From assembly GCA_947378305.1 (NCBI GenBank), contig CANCJJ010000013.1, positions 10,097-74,096 on the forward strand: a stretch of 64,000 nt of DNA, in the 5' to 3' direction. A program made the translations under genes and the position numbers. Shown in pieces: positions 39,895 through 49,724 of this stretch (positions are counted from its first letter, which is position 1; each line of letters starts with the position of its first letter). The DNA comes from Phenylobacterium aquaticum. GTDB taxonomy: Bacteria; Pseudomonadota; Alphaproteobacteria; Caulobacterales; Caulobacteraceae. The notes under the pieces were generated by a model. The model had not been told where the DNA came from. It saw nothing but the letters and a program-made list of their open reading frames with translations, and did not search any database.

Positions 39895-42097
39895 GGGGAC
39901 TTTGAAAATTGAGGAGGACAAACGGGCAGACGCCGACCCTGCGGCTCTTAGCACGCCAGATCCCCAGGCTCCTAGTCCAGGCCTGATCCTGAGGACATGG
40001 GTTGGGGAACTTACCCTTCAGCCGGAACGCTGGAGCCTTTGGCGACCTGTGCTCTTTGGCTGTGGCGCCGCGGTATATTTCTGCCTCCCGAAAGAACCCT
40101 TGCCCCTTGTAGGTATGGTCGCCTTGATTGGGGGACTTGGGCTCCTGGGCGCGCGGTCCATTTGGGGTAGGCGTCAGGAGGTCTCGATCTGCCTCATGCT
40201 CCTGGCTTGCCTTATTTTCGGATTTTCCGCGGCAAAACTGAGAACGGAGTCGGTGCGTGCCCCCCTGATACATGCAGGCACCGGGGTCTGGGACATTGAA
40301 GCCCTGGTTGTGGACATAGCCAGCCCGGGGCAGGGCGGCCAGAGGCTCCTGCTGGCACCTATCGAGGTGCGTGGCCTGGGAGCGAGTGAGACACCCTTAA
40401 GGCTGAGATTGACCCTGCGGGATACCAAGGTGCTTCCGGCGCCGGGATCCGTCATAAGGGTCAAGGCTTTGCTAAATCCACCGCCAGCGCCCGCGAGTCC
40501 GGGTGCCTATGATTTTGCCCGGGATTCATTTTTCGACGGGGTTGGCGGGGTTGGATTGGTCCTCTCGCAAGTCCAGCAGCTTGACCCCGCCCCCAATCTT
40601 CCCTGGAGACTGTGGCTGCTGACCCAGGTGAATGGCTTTCGCTGGTCCCTGGCCAATCAGATCATCGGGGTAATGGGCTCGGAGGAGGGCGGTCTCGCCG
40701 CAGCCATGATTACGGGGCACGAGGCCTTTATCCCCAAGGCGGAGGTCGACAGCCTTCGCGCAGCGGGTCTTGCGCACATTATTTCGATTTCCGGACTTCA
40801 CATGGCCATTGTTGGGGGCTTTGCCTTCGGACTTTTCCGTGTGGCAATCGCGCTCTGGCCCTGGCTGGCCCTAAGGGTTTCCGGGAAGAAGGTCGCCGCC
40901 ATTGCGGGCCTGATCGCCGTAATCAGCTATCTCATCCTTTCCGGGCTGCCAAATCCGGCCTTGAGGGCGGCTATCACGGCATGTGCGGCCTTTGGGTCCA
41001 TTCTGGCTGGGCGCCAGGCCATCACCCTGCATACCTTATCCCTGTCAGCCCTGGTGATCCTGGCACTCCAACCTGAGGCGGTCACCGAGCCGGGGTTTCA
41101 GATGTCCTTTGCCGCGACAACGGCCTTGCTGGCCCTCGCCGAAGCCTGGCCGCGTCCGGCCCGGGTGATCGAGGTTCCCTGGCCCATTCGTTTGATACAG
41201 GGTGCCGGTACCTTGTTTATGGCGAGCCTGCTGGCCAGTTTTGTCGCAGGTCTGGCAACCGGGCCATTTGCCATCGAACATTTCAATCGGGTCGCAACCT
41301 ATGGACTCCTGGCTAACCTGTTGGTGGAGCCCGTCTCCAGTTTCGTTATGATGCCCACCCTGGCTGTGGGCGCTGTTCTGACGCCATTCGGCCTCGGGGA
41401 TTGGGCGCTTGCGATCGCGGGCTGGTCGATTCAGGTCATGAACCAGATTGCCCGTGGGATTGCGTCCCTGCCTGGAGCCCAGATCGTGGTCGCCAGTGCG
41501 CCAGGCTGGACCCTGGCCGTTTCTTTTTTAGGGCTCCTGTGGCTGTGTCTCTGGCGCGGCAGGGTTCGATGGCTGGGATTGCCACTGGCCCTGGCGGTTT
41601 CCCTTTGCCCTAGGCCAAATCCACCGGATGTATGGGTGGCATCAGACGGGTCAGCAGTGGCCGTGCGCAGGGGGCGTGATGCGGTCTACCTGCGTCCTGA
41701 TGCCAAGCTCTTTGCTGCCCAGGTCTGGGCAAGGCACCGAGGCCTTCGGGAACCCTTGGCCCCCGAGCTGGCCAGGGCAACTGTTTTCAACTGTGATGTC
41801 TGGTCGTGCCGGCCAAGCTCGCCCGATGTACCGAGGGTATCTACCATCTGGACCCGACAGGAAGGACGGATTCAGGCGCGGATTGCGAGCCTCTGCGAAG
41901 GTGCAGAAGTGGTCATCGTACGGGGGCAGGTCGATCAGGAAGCCTGCCCAGGTCGGATCATGCTTGATGAAGGCGATTTTGCAGCCGGCGGATCGGCCGA
42001 ACTCTACCGGTCTCCCAAGGGGGCGTGGTCTATCCTCTGGGCCCAGCCCTTGCGTGGCGAAAGACCCTGGTCCATCGGGCCGTCTGTGCCGGATTAA
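39893..42097 (+). CDS. comEC: ComEC/Rec2-family DNA internalisation channel protein
   Basis: Multi-TM protein. ERWSLWRPVLFGCGAAVYF start region. Competence-domain segment RAAGLAHIISISGLHMAIVGG. Start is ATG 39893 or TTG 39902. The ORF is open from 39809 but that part overlaps gltX. Confidence 0.8.
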   Translation: MGTLKIEEDKRADADPAALSTPDPQAPSPGLILRTWVGELTLQPERWSLWRPVLFGCGAAVYFCLPKEPLPLVGMVALIGGLGLLGARSIWGRRQEVSICLMLLACLIFGFSAAKLRTESVRAPLIHAGTGVWDIEALVVDIASPGQGGQRLLLAPIEVRGLGASETPLRLRLTLRDTKVLPAPGSVIRVKALLNPPPAPASPGAYDFARDSFFDGVGGVGLVLSQVQQLDPAPNLPWRLWLLTQVNGFRWSLANQIIGVMGSEEGGLAAAMITGHEAFIPKAEVDSLRAAGLAHIISISGLHMAIVGGFAFGLFRVAIALWPWLALRVSGKKVAAIAGLIAVISYLILSGLPNPALRAAITACAAFGSILAGRQAITLHTLSLSALVILALQPEAVTEPGFQMSFAATTALLALAEAWPRPARVIEVPWPIRLIQGAGTLFMASLLASFVAGLATGPFAIEHFNRVATYGLLANLLVEPVSSFVMMPTLAVGAVLTPFGLGDWALAIAGWSIQVMNQIARGIASLPGAQIVVASAPGWTLAVSFLGLLWLCLWRGRVRWLGLPLALAVSLCPRPNPPDVWVASDGSAVAVRRGRDAVYLRPDAKLFAAQVWARHRGLREPLAPELARATVFNCDVWSCRPSSPDVPRVSTIWTRQEGRIQARIASLCEGAEVVIVRGQVDQEACPGRIMLDEGDFAAGGSAELYRSPKGAWSILWAQPLRGERPWSIGPSVPD

Positions 42098-42102
42098 CGG
42101 GG

Positions 42103-42798
42103 TTAGTGGTAACGGCGGATCAGGCCCACCAGCTTGCCCTGAACCTCAACCTGATCGGGTCCGAATATGCGGGTCTCATAAGCTGGATTTGCAGCCTCAA
42201 GCGCGACCGAACCGCCCTTTTTGCGCAGACGTTTCAGCGTCGCCTCTTCGCCCATGATCAAGGCCACGACAATGTCCCCTGAGGTCGCTGAATCGGTTTT
42301 ACGGATAACCACATAGTCACCGTCGAGAATGCCAGCATTGATCATGGAGTCGCCCTCGACCTCGAGCACGAAGTGCTCACCGCTCCCCAGAAGGGTCTCG
42401 GGCACAGGCATCCTGTCCCGCTCCTGCTGAATGGCGGCGATGGGGGTTCCGGCAGCGATCTTGCCCAGGATCGAAAGTTCGCGCGTGTCATTGGCGACGG
42501 CCAGACCAAGAGGCGCATCACTGGGCTCGACCAATTGCAACCTTGCTGGTCCGCGGCCCTTTGGCGGCGCCGATGTTGTGGCCTGTTGCGGAAGCTTCAC
42601 CACCTCAAGTGCACGGGCTCTATGGGGCAGGCGGCGCAGAAAACCGCGTTCCTCCAGCGCTGTGATCAAACGGTGAATGCCTGACTTTGATGCCAGGTCG
42701 AGAGCGTCCTTCATCTCGTCGAAGGAGGGCGAGACACCAGCTTCCTTGATGCGTTCATGAATGAACATGAGCAATTCGTGCTGTTTACGGGTTAACAT
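42103..42798 (-). CDS. lexA: LexA repressor
   Basis: [19 protein letters not shown] winged-helix N-terminus. Long linker. S24 peptidase domain with [11 protein letters not shown] (Ser) and ...TLKRLRKK (Lys). ATG 42798 preferred over the TTG at 42804. Confidence 0.95.
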   Translation of the reverse strand: MLTRKQHELLMFIHERIKEAGVSPSFDEMKDALDLASKSGIHRLITALEERGFLRRLPHRARALEVVKLPQQATTSAPPKGRGPARLQLVEPSDAPLGLAVANDTRELSILGKIAAGTPIAAIQQERDRMPVPETLLGSGEHFVLEVEGDSMINAGILDGDYVVIRKTDSATSGDIVVALIMGEEATLKRLRKKGGSVALEAANPAYETRIFGPDQVEVQGKLVGLIRRYH

Positions 42799-42838
42799 TG
42801 CCAAACGCCTTCAGGAACAAATCGAAAACTCTGGCGAT

Positions 42839-42853
42839 GTTCTCTAAGCGTTC
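42839..42853 (-). promoter_or_regulatory. LexA operator in the lexA promoter (GAAC-N7-GAAC read on the gene strand)
   Basis: The plus strand reads GTTCtctaagcGTTC, 41-55 nt upstream of the lexA ATG and 9 nt downstream of a gene-strand TTGACA -35 hexamer (42862-42867). It matches the alphaproteobacterial direct-repeat SOS box. Confidence 0.7.
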
Positions 42854-42883
42854 TTTGTTAATGTCAAGTTGACGACGGCGGCG

Positions 42884-43678
42884 TCAGGACATCCCAAGTA
42901 GGGACCGGGTGGCAGACGCCACATCAGCCTGGCGCATCAGGCTCTCGCCCACCAGCATTGCCTTTGCGCCAGAGGCTTCCAGGCGGCTCACGTCGACCTG
43001 CGTAAAAATTCCGCTCTCCGTGACCAGAAGCGCACCTGGAGGCGCGAGACTGGCAAGGTTTTCCGTATTTGCCAGATCAATCTTGAAGGTCCTGAGGTCG
43101 CGGTTATTCACGCCCACCAGGCGTGCGCCCAGAGACTGCGCCCGGGCCATCTCGGCAGCATCATGAACCTCGACAAGAGCATCCATGCCAAGGCGGGCGG
43201 CTTCGGACATCAGAGCGTGGGCCAGTGCGTCGTCAACCATGGCGAGAATCACCAATATTGCGTCGGCACCCAAGGCTCGCGATTCGGTCACCTGCCAGGC
43301 ATCCACCAGAAACTCTTTGCGTATGCAGGGCAGGGCTGTCGCGGCCCGTGCCTGGGTCAGAAAGGCATCGTCACCCTGGAAACTTGGGCCATCGGTCAAG
43401 ATGGAAAGGCAGGTCGCACCCCCGGTTTCATAAGCCTTGGCCAAGGCGGGGGGATCAAAGTCCGCCCGGATCACGCCTTTGGAAGGCGAGGCCTTCTTGA
43501 TCTCGGCAATCAGTCCAAGCCTTCCGGGCCGGTGCGCGGCCTCCAGTCTTGCCCTGAACCCGCGCGGCGGACTGGCGGCCCAGGCAGCCTGTTCCAGGCC
43601 AACCATGGGCGTGACAAGTTTCCGGTCGGCGACTTCTTGGCGCTTATAGGCTGCGATTTTTTCGAGAATGTCGCTCAT
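42884..43678 (-). CDS. trpC: indole-3-glycerol phosphate synthase
   Basis: [13 protein letters not shown] start, [27 protein letters not shown] motifs. Confidence 0.92.
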   Translation of the reverse strand: MSDILEKIAAYKRQEVADRKLVTPMVGLEQAAWAASPPRGFRARLEAAHRPGRLGLIAEIKKASPSKGVIRADFDPPALAKAYETGGATCLSILTDGPSFQGDDAFLTQARAATALPCIRKEFLVDAWQVTESRALGADAILVILAMVDDALAHALMSEAARLGMDALVEVHDAAEMARAQSLGARLVGVNNRDLRTFKIDLANTENLASLAPPGALLVTESGIFTQVDVSRLEASGAKAMLVGESLMRQADVASATRSLLGMS

Positions 43679-44691
43679 GAACTGTGGCTTATTTCGATCA
43701 GACGCTCGAGGGCCACTCGGGCGTGGCCGTCATCCAGGATCAGCCCGGCCAGCTGCACTCCGGCCTTCAAGGTTTCAACGCGACCTCCGATCAAAAGGGC
43801 GGCACCGGCATTGAGGCAGACTATGTCGCGATAGGCTCCGGTCTGGCCAGACAAGACGGCTTTCAGCGCTTCCGCATTCTCGACAGGCGATCCACCGACG
43901 AGGTCCGAGGGATTGGCACGAGCAAGGCCAACGTCTTCAGGCAGCAGACTAAAGCGGCGAACCTCGCCATCCTTCCACTCGGCGACCTGAGTTTCCCCCG
44001 TCGTGGTTATTTCATCCATGCCCGACCCATGGACCACCCAGGCCCGTTCGGATCCAAGTCGTCCCAAGGCTGTTGCCAGAGGTTCAATCCAGGCTTCGGA
44101 AAAGACACCAACCACCTGCCGCCGAGCACCGGCTGGATTAGATAGCGGACCTAAAATATTGAAGATGGTGCGAAAACCAAGTTCCGCACGGATGGGTGAA
44201 ACATGCCGCATGGCAGAATGGTGCGCGGTGGCAAACAAAAAGCACAGACTGGCCTCATCCAGGGCGCGCCTCTGGGCCTCGGGGGACGGGGTCAGATTAA
44301 CACCGAGGACCTCCAGGACATCGGCAGCCCCGGACTTTGAAGACAGGGCGCGGTTCCCGTGTTTGGCAACCTTCAGACCGGCACCGGCCACAACAAAGGC
44401 CACCGCAGTTGAGATATTGAAGGTGTGAAGGCCATCCCCGCCGGTTCCGCAGACATCCAGGGTGGGGTAGGGCACATCCAGTCGGGTTGCGGCTGCGCGC
44501 ATGGCCCGGGCTCCCGCCATGATCTCCCCAACCGTCTCACCGCGCAGGTGCATGGCTGTCAGGGCCGAGGCGACCTGAGCTGGCGTTGGATCTCCGCGCA
44601 GGCAAGCCGAAAAGAAGCCGACGGCCTCGGTCTCTGAAAGCACCGCACCAGAGGCCAGCCTCGCCAGCAGGGGTTTGAAAACCTCCGACAC
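43675..44691 (-). CDS. trpD: anthranilate phosphoribosyltransferase
   Basis: DVCGTGGDG and [18 protein letters not shown] motifs. 4-nt overlap with trpC. Confidence 0.92.
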   Translation of the reverse strand: MSEVFKPLLARLASGAVLSETEAVGFFSACLRGDPTPAQVASALTAMHLRGETVGEIMAGARAMRAAATRLDVPYPTLDVCGTGGDGLHTFNISTAVAFVVAGAGLKVAKHGNRALSSKSGAADVLEVLGVNLTPSPEAQRRALDEASLCFLFATAHHSAMRHVSPIRAELGFRTIFNILGPLSNPAGARRQVVGVFSEAWIEPLATALGRLGSERAWVVHGSGMDEITTTGETQVAEWKDGEVRRFSLLPEDVGLARANPSDLVGGSPVENAEALKAVLSGQTGAYRDIVCLNAGAALLIGGRVETLKAGVQLAGLILDDGHARVALERLIEISHSS

Positions 44692-44699
44692 GCGCCGCT

Positions 44700-45290
44700 T
44701 TAAGCCGGGACCAAGGGTGTGACCCCGGCCAAAACCAGGAAATTGCCCAGCAATTTGTGCCCGCCTTCTGTCGCGATGGACTCGGGATGGAACTGGACCC
44801 CGAAGACTGGCCGAGACTTGCTCTGCAGTCCCATGATTTCACCATCATCCGTCCAGGCGGTGACAACCAAGTCGTCTGGCAAGCTGGCCCGATCGACGGC
44901 AAGGCTATGATAGCGCGTGGCGACAAAGGGATTGGGCATGCCACTGAACACACCCGTATTGGTATGATGTATCTGGCTTGTCTTGCCGTGCATCAGGGTC
45001 TGGGCGCGCACCACCTTGCCTCCAAAGGCCTGACCAATGGCCTGGTGGCCGAGACAAACGCCGAAGATCGGCAGGTCGGCTGGCGCATGCGTGATGAGGT
45101 CCAGACATATCCCGGCGTCATCCGGCGTGCAGGGCCCGGGCGACAGCAGAATGCCCTGCGGAGCCATCCCCAAAGCCTCTTCGACACTGAGGGCATCATT
45201 ACGATAGACGCGGGTCTGCGCACCCAACTCGTTCAGATAATGAACGAGGTTGTAGGTAAAGCTGTCATAGTTATCGATGACGAGGATCAT
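44700..45290 (-). CDS. trpG: anthranilate synthase component II / aminodeoxychorismate synthase glutamine amidotransferase
   Basis: [16 protein letters not shown], catalytic GVCLGHQ, and FGVQFHPES (His-Glu). Confidence 0.9.
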   Translation of the reverse strand: MILVIDNYDSFTYNLVHYLNELGAQTRVYRNDALSVEEALGMAPQGILLSPGPCTPDDAGICLDLITHAPADLPIFGVCLGHQAIGQAFGGKVVRAQTLMHGKTSQIHHTNTGVFSGMPNPFVATRYHSLAVDRASLPDDLVVTAWTDDGEIMGLQSKSRPVFGVQFHPESIATEGGHKLLGNFLVLAGVTPLVPA

Positions 45291-45388
45291 GGGTTACCTT
45301 TAGAGCGTTTCCGCGGTCATGGGAATCGTTGCCCGCCAAAAAACGGCGCAGGATTGCCACGGGCCGCAAATGCCCCTCCAATCTCTGC

Positions 45389-45571
45389 ATGAAACGGTCC
45401 GATTCTGTATTTCGCCCCGCGCTGGATATCGACCAGATGGCCCTGGCCAAGGTTTATCTCGAAAAGCCGTTTAAACGTGAGGTCGTCTGGCCTGTCTTGG
45501 CGGCCGCTTTCTTTTCCGCAACAACCGCGCTCCTGCTGGCCTTTGTGGTGATTGTCTCGCCGATACCTTGA
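45389..45571 (+). CDS. hypothetical 60-aa protein with C-terminal TM segment
   Basis: MKRSDSVFRPALDIDQMALAKVYLEKPFKREVVWPVLAAAFFSATTALLLAFVVIVSPIP. Moderately host-like GC3. No obvious Shine-Dalgarno. The ORF also stays open to ATG 45329. Weak call. Confidence 0.3.
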   Translation: MKRSDSVFRPALDIDQMALAKVYLEKPFKREVVWPVLAAAFFSATTALLLAFVVIVSPIP

Positions 45572-45580
45572 CCCGACGGC

Positions 45581-45627
45581 AATGCTTCAAGAATGCTTTT
45601 CAATCCTTCAGAGGCATGATTACATGC
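45581..45627 (+). promoter_or_regulatory. AT-rich repeat-bearing control region upstream of the exporter operon
   Basis: Direct repeat AATGCTT (45581-45587, 45592-45598) and palindrome GCATG-atta-CATGC (45614-45627), inside the only clearly AT-rich stretch of this part of the window (about 45575-45660). Confidence 0.3.
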
Positions 45628-45669
45628 AATTTCAGCCAGTAATTTGGCATTGTTCGGGAGCTCGGTAGG

Positions 45670-46674
45670 TTGAGCGAAGATAAGTCAGAGCTTCTGCGGT
45701 CTCTCAGTATTGATCGCTCCATGGACCAGGATTCACCCGCCAGGACCGGCCCAGGCGGGCTCGTGGTGGCGGGTTTGGTCGTCGCCAGTCTGCTAGGCGG
45801 CAGCGCTGTTGGCTGGTTTTTGAAACCGACACCGAAACCAAAGACCATCGTTGTCGAGTCAACCCAATCCACCAGCAAGTCTGCGGCCCCCGTGGGCGGA
45901 CTGACGGCCTCGGGCTATGTCGTGGCGCGTACCCGGGCCACTGTGGCCGCTGAAGTTACCGGCCGGGTCGTCCAGGTTTTGGTAGAGGAAGGCCAGGTCA
46001 TCAAGGCGGGTCAGGTTCTCGCCATTCTAGACGGGTCTCTGGCGACGGTGGATGCAGCCTCGTCCAAGGCGCGCGCCGTTTCGGCCCAGGCCGCCCTGGA
46101 GTCCGCCCGGCTTCAATATGCCCAGGCCCAGAAGGATCTCGTGCGTTACGAGACCCTGGCCAAGACAGGCTATGTCAGCGAGTCCAACGTTCAGGCCGTC
46201 CGGCTAAAGACGACGGTTGCCCGGGCCCAGGAAGACCTGTCCAGGGCTCAACTTGTGGCCGCTCAGTCCGATGCAAATCGCAGCCAGGTCCAGTTGGGGA
46301 AGTATGAGATACGCGCGCCCTTCTCCGGTGTGGTGATCGACAAGGCCGCCCAGCCCGGGGAAATCATTTCGCCCCTGTCCGCGGGGGGTGGCTTCACCCG
46401 AACCGGCATTTGCACGATCGTCGACATGGACAGTCTCGAGATCGAGGTCGATGTGAATGAAGCCTATATTGGCCGGGTTGCGGAAGGCCAGAAGGTTGAG
46501 GCCGTCCTGGATGCCTTCCCGGACACGGTCTTGCCGGCCCACGTGATCGCCAAGATTCCAACCGCCAGTCGCGACAAGGCGACGGTGCGGGTGCGAATTG
46601 GATTCGACAGCAAGGATGTTCGCGTCCTTCCCGAGATGGCCGTAAAGGTCACCTTCCTGGACAGCAAAACCTAA
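45670..46674 (+). CDS. membrane-fusion (HlyD/MacA-type) periplasmic adaptor
   Basis: TTG start with GGGAG 9 nt upstream. N-terminal LLRSLSIDR box then one TM. Barrel-sandwich/lipoyl half-motifs (ATVAAEVTGRVVQVLVEEGQVIKAGQVLAILD ... YEIRAPFSGVVID). Coiled-coil hairpin in between. Confidence 0.8.
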   Translation: MSEDKSELLRSLSIDRSMDQDSPARTGPGGLVVAGLVVASLLGGSAVGWFLKPTPKPKTIVVESTQSTSKSAAPVGGLTASGYVVARTRATVAAEVTGRVVQVLVEEGQVIKAGQVLAILDGSLATVDAASSKARAVSAQAALESARLQYAQAQKDLVRYETLAKTGYVSESNVQAVRLKTTVARAQEDLSRAQLVAAQSDANRSQVQLGKYEIRAPFSGVVIDKAAQPGEIISPLSAGGGFTRTGICTIVDMDSLEIEVDVNEAYIGRVAEGQKVEAVLDAFPDTVLPAHVIAKIPTASRDKATVRVRIGFDSKDVRVLPEMAVKVTFLDSKT

Positions 46675-46687
46675 ACAGGACTCCCTC

Positions 46688-47371
46688 ATGAGCGCTCTGA
46701 TTGAACTGAACGATGTCAGGAAACTCTATCGCCGCGGCAAGGAAGGGATAGCCATTTTCGATGGCCTGAACCTCTCAATTGAGAAGGGGGACTTTGTTGC
46801 CATCATGGGGCCGTCAGGCTCTGGCAAGACGACCCTGCTCAACCTGCTCGGGGGCACGGATCGTTGTGACACGGGCGAGATCATCTTCGACGGCGAGCGG
46901 ATCGACGGCTATTCCGAGGGGCAGCTGGCCGCCTGGCGGGCCCGCAGTGTTGGATTTATCTTTCAGTTCTACAATTTGATGCCGGTGCTGAATGCCGCAC
47001 AGAATGTCGAACTCCCGCTCATGCTGACCAATCTCTCGGCCAAAAAGCGCCGGGAAAATGTTGAGACGGCGCTTAAGATTGTTGAGCTGTCCGATCGGGC
47101 CAAGCACAAGCCGAAAGAACTTTCCGGCGGTCAGCAGCAGAGGGTCGCCATTGCCAGGGCTATTGTCTCTGATCCCAAGCTCTTGCTGTGCGATGAGCCG
47201 ACCGGGGATCTGGATCGGTCAACAGCCAACGATATTTTGCGGACCCTGCAGCAATTGAACAAGGAACTGGGCAAGACCATTGTCATGGTCACCCACGACC
47301 CTGAAGCGGCTCGCTTTGCCAACCGGACACTGCATCTCGACAAGGGGACATTCGCCGAGGTTACGGCATGA
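46688..47371 (+). CDS. ABC transporter ATPase, MacB/LolD clade
   Basis: Walker A GPSGSGKTT, Q-loop, signature LSGGQQQR, Walker B LLCDEPTGDLD, H-loop VTHD. Confidence 0.9.
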   Translation: MSALIELNDVRKLYRRGKEGIAIFDGLNLSIEKGDFVAIMGPSGSGKTTLLNLLGGTDRCDTGEIIFDGERIDGYSEGQLAAWRARSVGFIFQFYNLMPVLNAAQNVELPLMLTNLSAKKRRENVETALKIVELSDRAKHKPKELSGGQQQRVAIARAIVSDPKLLLCDEPTGDLDRSTANDILRTLQQLNKELGKTIVMVTHDPEAARFANRTLHLDKGTFAEVTA

Positions 47372-48528
47372 CCGACTTTGACCTGGTCTGGAAAAACCTG
47401 TTCAGGAAGCCTTTGAGAACGGTCCTTCTGACCGTTTCGATCTTCATGGCCTTTCTGATCTTCGGCATGCTTACGAGCGTCAATGTCTCCCTTGAAAAAG
47501 CGGTCGATAGAGGATCAAGCACCCGGCTGATCGTTGCAAACAAGATCAACTTCACCCAGCCGCTGCCGATTGCCTATGTTAACCGCGTGGCCGCCATCCC
47601 CGGCGTTACCCTTGTCAGCCATCAAAACTGGTTTGGGGCCTATTATCAGGATGCGCGGACAAGCCGGTTCGTGGGCTTTGCCGTTGATCCCGAGAACTTC
47701 CTGAAAATATCTGAAGAGATTCATTTGACGGAGGCCGAGCGCAAGGCCTTCATTCAGGAACGCACCGGGGTCATTGTGGGCAAGACAGTTGCTGACAAGT
47801 ATGGCTGGAAGGTGGGGCAGACCGTGCCCATCCAGTCGCAAATCTTTGTCCAGGCAGATGGTCGTCGAACCTGGGACATGAAAATTGTCGGGATTTTCAC
47901 GGGGGCGAAACCTACAGATCCGACGCCGGCGATCTATTTCAATTATGACTATATGAACGAGACCATTTCGTTTGGCCGGGACACCATAGGCAACATCATC
48001 GTCAAAACGGCATCTCCAGACGAGAATGACCGGGTTGCCAAGTTGATCGATACGACCTTCGAAAACTCGCCCTACGAAACCTCAACCTCGGATGAGAAGA
48101 CCTTCTCCAGGGCCTTTCTGAAGCAGGCCGGGGATCTAAACTTTATCGTCACCATGGTGGTGTCTGCAGCCTTTGCCGCCATTCTGATGATTGTCAGCAC
48201 GACCTTGGTCTCGGCCATGCGGGAAAGGACCAAGGAGATAGGGGTTATGAAGACCCTGGGCTTTTCAAGCCCACGGGTTCTCAGGATGGTCCTTGGCGAG
48301 GCCTTGCTGCTTTCAACGCTTGGGGCTGTTTTGGGACTTGGGGCCTCTGCCCTGGTCCTAAAGGGGATCTCAAAGCAGACTGAAGGTAGCCTTGGCGACC
48401 TGTCCATGCCTCCAGTTGTTACCCTGATTGGCGTCCTCCTGGCCCTTGGGTTGGGCCTCTCGACCGGGGCCGTCCCGGCAATCTCGGCCTTGCGCATGCG
48501 CATTGTCGACGCCCTGAACCGCAGCTAG
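47368..48528 (+). CDS. FtsX/MacB-type ABC permease 1
   Basis: WKNLFRKPLRT N-terminus, TM1, an approx. 220-aa periplasmic domain, then a 3-TM FtsX bundle with RERTKEIGVMKTLGFS. 4-nt overlap with the ATPase gene. Confidence 0.85.
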   Translation: MTDFDLVWKNLFRKPLRTVLLTVSIFMAFLIFGMLTSVNVSLEKAVDRGSSTRLIVANKINFTQPLPIAYVNRVAAIPGVTLVSHQNWFGAYYQDARTSRFVGFAVDPENFLKISEEIHLTEAERKAFIQERTGVIVGKTVADKYGWKVGQTVPIQSQIFVQADGRRTWDMKIVGIFTGAKPTDPTPAIYFNYDYMNETISFGRDTIGNIIVKTASPDENDRVAKLIDTTFENSPYETSTSDEKTFSRAFLKQAGDLNFIVTMVVSAAFAAILMIVSTTLVSAMRERTKEIGVMKTLGFSSPRVLRMVLGEALLLSTLGAVLGLGASALVLKGISKQTEGSLGDLSMPPVVTLIGVLLALGLGLSTGAVPAISALRMRIVDALNRS

Positions 48529-48539
48529 GAAGCCCGCTG

Positions 48540-49724
48540 ATGAGCATCTTGAACCAGACACGCTCTGTCATTGCCATGAATGTGCGCTCCATTCCCCAAC
48601 GCTTGGGAATGTCGCTTGCGACCATTGGGGCCATTGCCATGGTCGTTGCCGTCCTCCTCAGCTTTCTGGCCCTGGCCAATGGGTTCAGCCAGACCCTAAA
48701 GGGCTCTGGCGCGGCTGACGTGGCGATTGTCCTGCGTGATGGCGCCGATGCAGAATTGAGCAGTACCGTCTCGAGGGATCAGGTCGACCTCCTGGGTCAA
48801 GGCCCCGGCGTTCGCGCAGCCTCAGACGGTCACCCGATCGTTTCGCCGGAACTCATGCTGGTGGTCGACGGTGTCAAGAAGTCATCAGGGACCAAGGCCA
48901 ACATGCCTTTACGCGGTCTGGGGCCGAATGGTCTGCTGGTTCGCAAGCAGGCCAAGATCACTCAGGGGCGGATGTTTGCGCCGGGATCAAATGAGATCGT
49001 TGTCGGGGCTGGATTGCTGCGGGAATTTGCGGGATTTGAGCTTGGGAAGTCGATCCGGTTTGGGTCTCAAACCTGGAAGGTCGTCGGGGTGTTTGAAGCT
49101 CCGGGTACGGTTTTCGAGTCTGAACTCTGGGCCGACGCGCCTGTGGTTCAGAGCATGTTCAAGCGGGGGACGACCTTTCAAACCGCCCGCGTCGCCTTGA
49201 CCAGTCCTGAGGCGCTGAAGGCCTTTGCGGCCTATGCAAAGGCGGATCCCCGGCTGCAACTCAAGGCCCAGAGCGAGCAGGCTTATTACGCCGCCCAAGC
49301 GGAGCGCTCGGGAGTCTTGATCAAGTATTTTGGCTGGCCGCTTGGGATAATCATGGCCATTGGAGCCCTCGCAGGGGCCCTGAACACCATGTACGCCTCG
49401 GTCTCCAGCCGTGCCGCCGAGATTGCAACCTTGCGGGTTATCGGGTTCTCAGGATTTTCAGCCTTCATGGGCACCATGGTGGAAGCCCTGGTGCTGTCGG
49501 CGCTCGGCGCACTTGTCGGCGTAGCCATCTGTGCGGTTGGCTTTAACGGTCTTTCCGCATCGACCCTTGGGGCAGGCTTTACCCAGGTGACCTTCCGGAT
49601 TCAGGTCGGGCCGGAAATCGTGGTTCAGGCGGTTGTTCTGGCCCTGATTATCGGTCTTGTCGGAGGCATCTTCCCAGGCCTGCGGGCAGCTCGTCAAAGG
49701 CCACTCCTGGTTCTGGCTGGCTAG
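48540..49724 (+). CDS. FtsX/MacB-type ABC permease 2
   Basis: Same architecture but clearly diverged from permease 1: IPQRLGMSLATI TM1, a large periplasmic loop, SRAAEIATLRVIGFS. Confidence 0.85.
   Translation: MSILNQTRSVIAMNVRSIPQRLGMSLATIGAIAMVVAVLLSFLALANGFSQTLKGSGAADVAIVLRDGADAELSSTVSRDQVDLLGQGPGVRAASDGHPIVSPELMLVVDGVKKSSGTKANMPLRGLGPNGLLVRKQAKITQGRMFAPGSNEIVVGAGLLREFAGFELGKSIRFGSQTWKVVGVFEAPGTVFESELWADAPVVQSMFKRGTTFQTARVALTSPEALKAFAAYAKADPRLQLKAQSEQAYYAAQAERSGVLIKYFGWPLGIIMAIGALAGALNTMYASVSSRAAEIATLRVIGFSGFSAFMGTMVEALVLSALGALVGVAICAVGFNGLSASTLGAGFTQVTFRIQVGPEIVVQAVVLALIIGLVGGIFPGLRAARQRPLLVLAG

Noticed and set aside
45600-45878. 92-aa minus-strand ORF spanning the exporter promoter and the MFP start.
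   Set aside because: It overlaps the well-supported MFP gene in antisense, has no Shine-Dalgarno and no recognisable features.
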